Source: an uncultured virus (IMG/VR IMGVR_UViG_2663763475_000011)
Lineage: Duplodnaviria > Heunggongvirae > Uroviricota > Caudoviricetes
DNA: 20,000 nucleotides
IMG/VR virus record: IMGVR_UViG_2663763475_000011
Reading direction: 5' to 3' (one strand)
Shown: positions 1 through 7,556 of the stretch, piece by piece
Layout: each line of letters starts with the position of its first letter
Numbering within the stretch: the first letter of the stretch is position 1
Position numbers and translations under genes: made by a program
The notes under the pieces: model-generated
Told to the model about the DNA's origin: nothing
Database searches by the model: none
Seen by the model: the letters and a program-made list of their open reading frames with translations, nothing else

Positions 1-1
1 C

Positions 2-712
2 CTGGAGTACAGCCCGCCGGAATATCAGAACCTGCTGATGTGCGAATTCGTGGACGACCTGGCGTCCGTGTTCCCGCTGCAGCTGCTGCAGAAGTGCATG
101 GTAGACAGCTGGGAAGTCTGGAACGACTTCGAGGCGCTGGCGCTGCGCCCGTTCGGCTGGCGCGAAGTCTGGATCGGCTATGACCCGGCGAAGGGCACGC
201 AGAACGGCGACAGCGCCGGATGCGTGGTTATCGCGCCGCCCGCCGTGCCGGGCGGTAAGTTCCGCATTCTGGAACGGCACCAGTGGCGGGGCATGGACTT
301 TCGCGCGCAGGCCGAGTCCATCAAAAAGCTGACGCAGCAGTATAACGTCACCTATATCGGCATCGACTCCACGGGCGTCGGCCTCGGTGTCTATGAAAAC
401 GTGAAGATGTTTTTCCCGGCGGTGAAAGAATTTGTCTACAACCCGAACGTGAAAAACGCCCTGGTGCTGAAGGCGTACGACATCATCAGCAGCGGCCGTC
501 TGGAGTTCGACGCCGGGCACCTCGACATCGCGCAGTCATTCATGGCCATCCGCCGCGCCACCACGGCCAGCGGCAACCGCCCGACCTACGAAGCCAGCCG
601 CAGCGAAGAGGCAAGCCACGCCGATCTCGCCTGGGCGACGATGCACGCGCTGGCAAACGAACCGCTGCAGGGCGAAGCCGCCCACAGCCGCAACATTATG
701 GAGATTTACTGA
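2..712 (+). CDS. P: Terminase large (ATPase/nuclease) subunit, P2 gpP-like; 5' end truncated by the window edge
   Basis: Frame is open from position 2. C-terminal nuclease motifs WIGYDPAK, IGIDSTG, HADLAWA. Stop overlaps the portal start (TGATG), as in P2 P-Q. Confidence 0.95.
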   Translation: MEYSPPEYQNLLMCEFVDDLASVFPLQLLQKCMVDSWEVWNDFEALALRPFGWREVWIGYDPAKGTQNGDSAGCVVIAPPAVPGGKFRILERHQWRGMDFRAQAESIKKLTQQYNVTYIGIDSTGVGLGVYENVKMFFPAVKEFVYNPNVKNALVLKAYDIISSGRLEFDAGHLDIAQSFMAIRRATTASGNRPTYEASRSEEASHADLAWATMHALANEPLQGEAAHSRNIMEIY

Positions 713-1746
713 TGAGCAAACGCAGGAACCGTACGCGCACCCAGCCTGTGCAGCAGCAGATGACCGGCGGCGCGGCGGCAGAAGCTTTTACCTTCGGCGA
801 CCCGGTGCCGGTACTGGACCGCCGCGAGCTGCTCGACTACGTAGAGTGCGTCATAAACGATCGCTGGTATGAACCGCCGGTGAGCTTTGACGGGCTGGCG
901 CGCACGTTCCGCGCGGCCGTGCATCACAGCTCGCCGATCAACGTGAAGCGCAACATCCTGACCAGCTCGTTTATCCCGCACCCGTTACTGAGCCAGCAGG
1001 CTTTTAGCCGGTTTGTGCAGGACTATCTGGTGTTCGGCAATACGTATCTGGAGAAGCGTACCAACCGCCTCGGCGGGGTGATTGGGCTGGAGCCTGCCCT
1101 GGCGAAGTTTACGCGGCGCGGAACCGATCTCGACACCTACTGGTTTGTGCAGTACGGCCTGAACACGCAACCTTATAAGTTCACGCCGGGCAACGTGTTC
1201 CACCTGATGGAGCCGGATCTGAATCAGGAGGTTTACGGCCTGCCGGAATATCTTTCGGCCATCCCGTCTACGCTGCTGAACGAGTCGGCGACGCTGTTCC
1301 GCCGCAAGTATTACCTCAACGGCAGCCACGCGGGTTACATCATGTACGTTACTGACCCCGCGCAGAATCAGGAAGATGTGGACGCCATGCGCAAAGCCAT
1401 GAAAAGCACGAAGGGCCCTGGCAATTTCCGCAACCTGTTCATGTATTCGCCGAGCGGTAAAAAGGACGGTATTCAGATCATCCCGCTGTCAGAGGTAGCG
1501 GCTAAAGACGAGTTTTTGAATATCAAGAATGTGAGCCGGGATGACATGCTGGCCGCGCACAGGGTGCCGCCGCAGATGATGGGCATTATCCCGAACAACA
1601 CCGGCGGGTTCGGTGACGTGGAGAAAGCCAGCAAAGTGTTTGTGCGAAACGAACTGATGCCGTTGCAAAAGCGATTTGAAGAACTGAACAGCTGGCTGGG
1701 TGAAGAGGTAGTTCGTTTTGAACCTTATAATCTAGAGGCTGGTTAA
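712..1746 (+). CDS. Q: Portal protein, P2 gpQ-like (PBSX family)
   Basis: 344 aa with AFTFGDP, YGLPEY, GNFRNLF, AAHRVPPQMMG motifs typical of P2 Q; follows terminase. Confidence 0.96.
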   Translation: MSKRRNRTRTQPVQQQMTGGAAAEAFTFGDPVPVLDRRELLDYVECVINDRWYEPPVSFDGLARTFRAAVHHSSPINVKRNILTSSFIPHPLLSQQAFSRFVQDYLVFGNTYLEKRTNRLGGVIGLEPALAKFTRRGTDLDTYWFVQYGLNTQPYKFTPGNVFHLMEPDLNQEVYGLPEYLSAIPSTLLNESATLFRRKYYLNGSHAGYIMYVTDPAQNQEDVDAMRKAMKSTKGPGNFRNLFMYSPSGKKDGIQIIPLSEVAAKDEFLNIKNVSRDDMLAAHRVPPQMMGIIPNNTGGFGDVEKASKVFVRNELMPLQKRFEELNSWLGEEVVRFEPYNLEAG

Positions 1747-1751
1747 ATTTC

Positions 1752-1787
1752 ATGCACAGATTATTGATATGCAAATAATCTGTGCAT
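1752..1787. terminator. Perfect 14-bp inverted repeat between converging portal and cargo genes; probable bidirectional terminator
   Basis: ATGCACAGATTATT-GATATGCA-AATAATCTGTGCAT, located between stop codons at 1746 and 1793. Confidence 0.7.
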
Positions 1788-1792
1788 CATTT

Positions 1793-2629
1793 TTATACTG
1801 CGGGGTTTAAATAATCACCCACTTCGTCGGCCTGCAAGCTAATGTACTCTACTCGCCATTGGTCCATTCTTCTTAAGGCGTATAGATTAAACTCAATGTC
1901 TGGAACAGGGTTGCAAGACATAAGAGCAATGAGTTCACTTTGTGCCGGATCACCATGATAACCCATGAAAAGCTCTGTTATATGTGTAACAGCCTTTTCT
2001 GCTTCCTCTCTCGCTACCGGACCACTATCAATCGCATCATAAACCACATGAATGTTTAACTCATATGGTATACCTTCTTCCAAATCACTAAAGCGATCCT
2101 CACCCAAATCAAAAAACACGCCTAGCAAATAATCCGAATGTGCGGCAATGATTTTTGCCAGCTCTTTTTCAAATTTAAATTTCCCGCGATCAAAGGTACG
2201 AAGCCTACTCTCGAATACATCGGGAAACGCCGGACGCCCATAGCGTGCCGCAAGCCATTGTTTCAGGGCTTGCTTTTCTTTAGGAGATATGGCGTAAAAC
2301 TCATCGCACGCTGCGCTCGAAAGCTTTTCTTTTTCAATTTTAAACTTGTTAACTTGCTTGAGTTCTACAGCGCTCTGATTTACATCTAAAACCTGTTCAA
2401 AATTTAAATGCAGTATTCGCGGATGCTTAGCGTGAGAGTAATTGCCAGCCCCTTTTATTAAGGGGCCAGCTATGAGTTCAACTTCTGGCTCAGAACTTTG
2501 TAAGTCGCAGTCATGACTGATAACGACAACTTTAACGCCGGTTTGCTCTTCCGAAATTATACCTAAGGAAACAGCATCCTCATGCTTAAGAACGTGGCCT
2601 TGGCGCCATGTTGTACCAGAGTCAACCAT
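1793..2629 (-). CDS. Cargo gene 3: hypothetical protein with PemK/MazF-like N-terminal region; putative toxin/effector
   Basis: 278-aa ORF. N-terminal WRQG..VL and VVVISHDCDL resemble PemK/MazF-type motifs; RYGRPAFPD precedes an acidic C-terminal domain. AAGGAG lies at the end of the upstream gene. Function inferred. Confidence 0.6.
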   Translation of the reverse strand: MVDSGTTWRQGHVLKHEDAVSLGIISEEQTGVKVVVISHDCDLQSSEPEVELIAGPLIKGAGNYSHAKHPRILHLNFEQVLDVNQSAVELKQVNKFKIEKEKLSSAACDEFYAISPKEKQALKQWLAARYGRPAFPDVFESRLRTFDRGKFKFEKELAKIIAAHSDYLLGVFFDLGEDRFSDLEEGIPYELNIHVVYDAIDSGPVAREEAEKAVTHITELFMGYHGDPAQSELIALMSCNPVPDIEFNLYALRRMDQWRVEYISLQADEVGDYLNPAV

Positions 2630-2639
2630 ATACGACTAT

Positions 2640-3290
2640 TTACTCCTTAAATCCTGACCCAGGGATAGAAACCGAAGACATCCAGCCATCGGTTGCCACT
2701 CCTTTACTACCTACCAGATTTGCTTTGGTTCCAGCTTCTTTTAGAGTGCGAGCCTCTTCAATCAAGACATTAACTGATTGCTGCCAGTCATCGCCACGTT
2801 TTATCAAATCTATGATAGAAAGACCTTCAAACGCTTTCATCTTCGACATCAGTTTAGCGTTTTCAATACCAGCCTCATTAAAGCGGTCAGAGACTCTGCT
2901 CAATTCAATGATATAACTTGCTTTTTCTATGTCATCGGGTTGGCTTTCACCTGATAACCATTTATAAAGAGCCTGCCGAGTAATGCCTAAATCTTTTGCT
3001 AGTTCCGACATGGACGGAGCAAGGGTATCTCGAACATTTTTCAGATGGTCAGATACAGTCCTAACATCTACCAATTCGTTCTCAATATCATTATCAAATT
3101 CAGCTTCAGATTTCATCAATCCAAACTGAACCTTAGATTGCACGTAGCCACGCCACTGGTTCACATCTTTAACTGAGAAATTGGAACCGGTGCTGCTCAA
3201 AAATAAAGAGGATGCAACCATTAATGCTCCAGCGACTGTTGGAGCAAACCCGGGCGTTTCATAGAAACTTCCAGTCATAGATTGACGCAT
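2640..3290 (-). CDS. Cargo gene 2: Xre/Cro-type HTH protein; putative antitoxin/regulator
   Basis: HTH SMSELAKDLGITRQALYKWLSGESQP; later FEGLSIIDLIKRG resembles the Xre/MbcA/ParS C-terminal motif. Start moved to ATG 3290 because GAGGAGG lies just upstream. Confidence 0.72.
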   Translation of the reverse strand: MRQSMTGSFYETPGFAPTVAGALMVASSLFLSSTGSNFSVKDVNQWRGYVQSKVQFGLMKSEAEFDNDIENELVDVRTVSDHLKNVRDTLAPSMSELAKDLGITRQALYKWLSGESQPDDIEKASYIIELSRVSDRFNEAGIENAKLMSKMKAFEGLSIIDLIKRGDDWQQSVNVLIEEARTLKEAGTKANLVGSKGVATDGWMSSVSIPGSGFKE

Positions 3291-3307
3291 ATCACACCTC
3301 CTCGGCG

Positions 3308-4114
3308 TTATGACCACTTAGCAGTAGCGTACGGCGAAATCATCTTATTAAACGTACCTTTTATCACACTATGTAGGGAAGTGAATTGTTCCTCAACCAA
3401 ATCGATGGATGGGGGCACATTTCCTTCAACATAATGATCAGTATCTATAATGCCATGCCACAAGGGGGTCGTAGTCTTGAATCGCTCAAGCATATCAACA
3501 CCAATAGGCACCATGTCAGGTGGAAACCCTAACTGACCATTCATTTTATGTAAGCGAGTAACTATAAAACCATTACTAATAACTGGACCAACATTTGTCT
3601 GAAAAACCATTTCGTTAACCGATTGAACTTGCTGCAATTTTAAGTCGAGGCCATGTAGCCCCTCACATAAATATTGTTCAATCGTTTCACCTGCTTCAGG
3701 TAAAACTGCATCTAAGTAACGAAGTCCTAGCCGAGTAATCAGGGCTGGCTTTGGATTGTTCATGACTACTGTAAGACCTTTCATCAACTCTTTAAGAAAA
3801 GGTTGGTGCGTTTCATAATCCGTTGTGTGATACGTTATGAAATCGTTACCTAAAACAAAGCCTGAAGTCCTGTTCAGATCCGACATATACCATTGTTGAA
3901 CCGTTTCAAAGGCAGGCTGTGCCGGCTCATTTGGAGCACTAAACTCAAATTTGATTTGGATAGATTCCCTACTCTCAAAAAGCGGGTAGCCTTGCAAGCG
4001 TAACGCGTCTTGTATGTCATCAACATACTTTTTCATCGCCTTAACCGGCGTGAATTTTATTTGTGCAAGCACATAGTAAACGGGTGCATTGGACATACGT
4101 TTGTTGTCGCTCAT
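3308..4114 (-). CDS. Cargo gene 1: TIGR04255-like protein of unknown function
   Basis: 268 aa; NAPVYYVLAQIKF, ITRLGLRYLD and IIDTDHY match the pattern I recall for TIGR04255 proteins. AGGAGG RBS at 4120-4125. Confidence 0.72.
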   Translation of the reverse strand: MSDNKRMSNAPVYYVLAQIKFTPVKAMKKYVDDIQDALRLQGYPLFESRESIQIKFEFSAPNEPAQPAFETVQQWYMSDLNRTSGFVLGNDFITYHTTDYETHQPFLKELMKGLTVVMNNPKPALITRLGLRYLDAVLPEAGETIEQYLCEGLHGLDLKLQQVQSVNEMVFQTNVGPVISNGFIVTRLHKMNGQLGFPPDMVPIGVDMLERFKTTTPLWHGIIDTDHYVEGNVPPSIDLVEEQFTSLHSVIKGTFNKMISPYATAKWS

Positions 4115-4253
4115 GTCGCCCTCCTAATTTGTCATATCAAAAAAACATCTACCAACTACGTACAGTTTACATCTTGGTTGACACTTTAACCACCACTTAG
4201 TTTCAATCTGTTTCGATTCAAACCATATTCTTCTTTATCGTAGCTGGCGCGCG

Positions 4254-4272
4254 CTCGTACCCCCGCCACGCC
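4254..4272 (-). other. cos: cos site (19-nt cohesive end)
   Basis: Minus strand GGCGTGGCGGGGGTACGAG resembles the 186/P2 19-nt cohesive ends (GGCGTGGCGGGG...); lies between the replication region and the portal. Confidence 0.85.
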
Positions 4273-4294
4273 TGCCCGCTTTATGTAGTGGTTT

Positions 4295-4395
4295 TCATGC
4301 AGGTGCATGACATAAGCAAAAGCCCGCCATTACTGGCGGGCCGGGGCATAAACGATCCTTTCGGGATCATGCGAATTCATGCGGCATAGTCATGC
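4295..4395. repeat. cos-proximal TCATGC repeats; candidate terminase-binding sites
   Basis: TCATGC at 4295, 4367, 4377 and 4390; palindrome TCATGCA-GG-TGCATGA at 4295-4310. Confidence 0.55.
4318..4341 (-). terminator. Intrinsic terminator ending the leftward tum operon
   Basis: Minus strand GCCCGCCA-GTAA-TGGCGGGC-TTTT. Confidence 0.7.
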
Positions 4396-4409
4396 AGTGC
4401 CGGGAAACA

Positions 4410-4673
4410 TTAAAACAGGGGCAACTGGTCATCAGGCTCTGACTCTGGCACTTCAACTTTTCGCCTGGTGAAATCCATGACAAGCAGAAGAGCCTCCCGG
4501 TAAGTCAGGGGAAACGGCCGGCCCAAGATAAACGCATTTTCGAAAGTCTGCCCCAGCCAGAAACCACCGCCACACTCGCGCGACCGTTGAAACATAACCC
4601 ATCCACCTGGACGGAAATATGGGAGGGTTTCACCACGGAAAACAACCTGAAATTCAGAGTCTCGTCCCCCCAT
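4410..4673 (-). CDS. Small hypothetical protein with C-terminal QLPLF (beta-clamp-type) motif
   Basis: 87-aa ORF with GAGG upstream, same strand as tum/dinI, followed by a terminator. Confidence 0.65.
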   Translation of the reverse strand: MGGRDSEFQVVFRGETLPYFRPGGWVMFQRSRECGGGFWLGQTFENAFILGRPFPLTYREALLLVMDFTRRKVEVPESEPDDQLPLF

Positions 4674-4746
4674 AACCTAACGCCTCGCTCGCTCGTTGTT
4701 CAACCCTGCCGCCGTCAAAATCAAGCTTTTGACGTCTGCACGGTTA

Positions 4747-4980
4747 TCAGTGTAGCCAGCTGTCATCTTCCCAGACGTTCTGAAGCAGATCATTTAGCCG
4801 CCGCCTGTCCTCGTCGAGTTTAAAGCCAGGCATTTCTATTCTTGTGTGGCTTCCCTGCCGTACCCGCACTACTGCTTCGGGGTAAAGCGCCACTACGCGC
4901 CTGTTTATCTCGTCATGAAAAGCTTCAATCACTGACTGGCTTAGTTTTTGATTTTTATCAAGCATAATTTCAATGCGCAT
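4747..4980 (-). CDS. DinI-like protein (TumB/Orf97-like)
   Basis: MRIEIMLDK...LQNVWEDDSWLH is the DinI family pattern; positioned after rep A as in 186-like phages. Confidence 0.88.
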   Translation of the reverse strand: MRIEIMLDKNQKLSQSVIEAFHDEINRRVVALYPEAVVRVRQGSHTRIEMPGFKLDEDRRRLNDLLQNVWEDDSWLH

Positions 4981-4994
4981 AGTCTCCCCCCTAA

Positions 4995-5183
4995 TTATTC
5001 AGATACTTGTATAGATCGTGAATATTCGTGGCTTCTTACCTTACGCATCAGCTCATCAGTCAGCTCTGAAACCCACTGAATCGCGAGCTGTTTCTCATCT
5101 TCACTGCAATCACTTGCCGCAACAAGTTTCATAAATAAATCAATACGCTGGAGCTTCATTGACTCCAAAAAATAGTCTCGCAT
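4995..5183 (-). CDS. Tum-like SOS antirepressor (N-terminal, TumA-type)
   Basis: 62 aa from ATG 5183 (GGAGGG RBS); LQRIDL...LAIQWVSELTDEL; directly downstream of a LexA box and upstream of the dinI-like gene. Confidence 0.65.
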   Translation of the reverse strand: MRDYFLESMKLQRIDLFMKLVAASDCSEDEKQLAIQWVSELTDELMRKVRSHEYSRSIQVSE

Positions 5184-5205
5184 AATCCCTCCGCACAATG
5201 AACAA

Positions 5206-5225
5206 CTGGTTATGCATACAGTATA
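5206..5225 (-). promoter_or_regulatory. LexA (SOS) box overlapping a -10 element (186 p95-like)
   Basis: CTGTATGCATAACCAG (CTG-N10-CAG, 5206-5221, minus strand) overlapping TATACT (5220-5225). Confidence 0.85.
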
Positions 5226-5303
5226 TTACGATTTTCCAAATGTGAAATGATTTTTTATGGTCAATAAGACTTTATCTGAAAGCAGGCTCTTGAAGTTAGG
5301 GCG

Positions 5304-7556
5304 TTAATTGGCTTCTTTCGTACCCTTAGAGGCACGAGCCAAGCGCCCTATTCGCTCCAGAATTTCATAATTTTTAAGTCCAGCACGAGGCCTCACTAAC
5401 TCACCATATGCAGAGCTGCGAAACAGTCGGCCAGCAATTTTCGTCTGCGTGCCGCCAATCAGGCGCACGGCCAGTCCGCGGCTGATGGTTTCACCGCATA
5501 AATCCTTCACCTGGCCTATCACGTTATCGCACGCGGCCTCAATTTTGTCCGACCGCCTCAGCTGCAGGTGCCGCTTTTCTGGCTCCTGCGCCCTGATCCG
5601 GCTCAGCAGCTGTCGCCTTTCTCGCCTGCTCATGCCGTCCAGGTCGATATTGTCGAAACTTGCCGGCGGGTTCGAATCCTCAGATCTCAAACCTCCCGTA
5701 CAGTTATTGACAGAACTCCGAGAGGACGCGGACGCGTCCTTAAATTCAAAACCCAAATCAACGGCGCGTTTCGGCACAATCTTCCACTGCGCCAGACGGG
5801 TGAGGATCGGCGTGTCTTCACCCACTTCCGTTGCATAAACGCCCTTGATGCGTACGGTTTCCTCGCCATACTCGTTCACGTCTTCGCTGGCCTGATACCA
5901 GGTGCGCACGGCCAGCTCGTCGCGGCGCACGAACGGGCCGCCCTGTGCGTTAACGTATCCTGCCCAGTCTCCCGCATCGGCGGCGTCATGCGCGGCTGCA
6001 AACTCAACGCTGAGGCCGTGCGCGGTATCGCTGTCTGCCATGCGGCGCAGCTCGCGGTAAACCGTCACCGGCGCGCCGCCCACAAACTGGAATTGCCGGA
6101 TGTGCCAGCGGGCCGCCCAGGCGGAAACGGCCGAGGCGGTTTCCTTCAGGTCTTTGCCGCTTTCGTCGTCCGTCTCGCCGTCCAGCGCGTAGCCGTCGAT
6201 ATTTTTGGAAATGTACTTAGCGACGTAGCCCGTCGCGCTGCCCTTCTCCGGGTCGATAGCCTCCGCGTGAAAGCGGGCCTTGCGGGCCTTGTCGGTCGTC
6301 AGCTCGCTGCTGTCTTCCTGCCAGGCGTAGTCGCGCATAATCTCGCGCACGCGCTCAACCTGCTCGGGACGCATAAACATCAGCATGTGCCAGTGCGGGG
6401 TCGCGTCGTGGTGCGGCTCAGCGACACGGATCCCGAAAATGCGGATTTCTTCGCGGTGCAGCTTGGCGCGGATTTTTTGCCAGACGCCGCACAGATAGCG
6501 CTGGGTGTCGGCCGGGCTGGCGCCGTTCCATTTACGGTTGCGATGACCGGTTTTGATTGTGGCGTGATAGCGCGCCGGGGCGGTCAGCGTGTAGAACTCG
6601 CCGATAAAGCCCATCTCGTTGCAGATGTTTTCGAAGCCGCGAATGCGGGTCATCAGCTCGCAGCGGCGGATCGCCGGGTTGGCCACGCTGCCGTCGTACT
6701 TTTCAATCAGGCTGATGCGGTTGCCTTCCTCGTCTTCCAGCTCCATGCCCTTCAGGAACTCACGGGTGCGGCGCTTCTGCTCGCGCCACTCTGAGACGGT
6801 CATGCTGCTTGCGTAGGGGGTATGCTTTTTGCTGACGTTAGCCAGGGCAATCTGCAGGTGTTCACGCCATGACGCGGCGACGCGGCGCAGGCGGCCCTTC
6901 CACCACTTTTCGGTCTGCATGCGCATGATCGCCGGGGTCACTTCCTCCGGGTCGAACAGGCGGGACGTTACCTTTTCCCACAGCGGCGGCGTCTGACTCA
7001 GCTCGCGGGTGATGGTGGCGGCGGTCATGTAAACGCGGTGCGTGTATTTGTAATCCGACTCGTCGCAGGCCTGCGCGTGCGCCTGTACCAGCTCGGCGAG
7101 GATGAAATTAGCCACATCCCCGGCCAGCAGATCGACGTCGGCGCGCGCCATGTCGGGCAGGCGGTTAAAGCGGCGCATCAGCTCCCACAGCGTGCCGGCC
7201 GCGCTGGCCGCGCCAGTCTGTTGAACGGCGTTACCTGCCAGCAGGTTAAACGTGCCGCTGCTCATTTCGCCGAGGCGGTACTGCTCACTGACGCATTCAA
7301 CGCGTGGCAATGTGCGCTCAACAAAGGTTTTTGCTAAGTACGCATTGGCACGGGCAATGCCCTGGGTCTTTTCAAGCTCGCTGACGCGACGCCTGACGTC
7401 GAGCTGGATCAGCGTCGGCTGCTTTTCGAGTAGCTCCTGCGCACGCGCCAAAGCCGCATTCATCTGACTGCGGCTGTGCACCTCCTCATAGGTGGGGTAC
7501 GGGCTGGCGATGGCTTCCCGTGGAGCATTCCACGGGTAAGCATATTCCTGAATCAT
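5304..7556 (-). CDS. A: Rolling-circle replication initiator (HUH endonuclease), P2 gpA-like
   Basis: 750 aa; FYTLTAP, EPHHDATPHWH (HUH) and GYVAKYISKNIDG (two catalytic Tyr). Confidence 0.96.
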   Translation of the reverse strand: MIQEYAYPWNAPREAIASPYPTYEEVHSRSQMNAALARAQELLEKQPTLIQLDVRRRVSELEKTQGIARANAYLAKTFVERTLPRVECVSEQYRLGEMSSGTFNLLAGNAVQQTGAASAAGTLWELMRRFNRLPDMARADVDLLAGDVANFILAELVQAHAQACDESDYKYTHRVYMTAATITRELSQTPPLWEKVTSRLFDPEEVTPAIMRMQTEKWWKGRLRRVAASWREHLQIALANVSKKHTPYASSMTVSEWREQKRRTREFLKGMELEDEEGNRISLIEKYDGSVANPAIRRCELMTRIRGFENICNEMGFIGEFYTLTAPARYHATIKTGHRNRKWNGASPADTQRYLCGVWQKIRAKLHREEIRIFGIRVAEPHHDATPHWHMLMFMRPEQVERVREIMRDYAWQEDSSELTTDKARKARFHAEAIDPEKGSATGYVAKYISKNIDGYALDGETDDESGKDLKETASAVSAWAARWHIRQFQFVGGAPVTVYRELRRMADSDTAHGLSVEFAAAHDAADAGDWAGYVNAQGGPFVRRDELAVRTWYQASEDVNEYGEETVRIKGVYATEVGEDTPILTRLAQWKIVPKRAVDLGFEFKDASASSRSSVNNCTGGLRSEDSNPPASFDNIDLDGMSRRERRQLLSRIRAQEPEKRHLQLRRSDKIEAACDNVIGQVKDLCGETISRGLAVRLIGGTQTKIAGRLFRSSAYGELVRPRAGLKNYEILERIGRLARASKGTKEAN
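5698..5729 (-). other. ori: Replication origin (gpA nick site) inside gene A
   Basis: Minus strand CCTCTCG^GAGTTCTGTCAATAACTGTAC resembles the P2 ori (CCTCG^GAGTCCTGTCAATAACTG); predicted nick between 5719 and 5718. Confidence 0.8.

Noticed and set aside
4126..4240. Specific sigma70 promoter/operator for the cargo operon
   Set aside because: Candidate -10 hexamers (TAAAGT, TAAACT) and a weak inverted repeat exist, but no well-spaced -35; not callable.
4674..4749. Bona fide integron attC site
   Set aside because: GTTRRRY boxes and a hairpin are present, but the R'' match is poor, the L boxes and length do not fit, and there is no IntI. Kept only as a structured element.
5568..6794. 408-aa plus-strand ORF
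   Set aside because: Antisense shadow of GC-rich rep A; no recognisable motifs.
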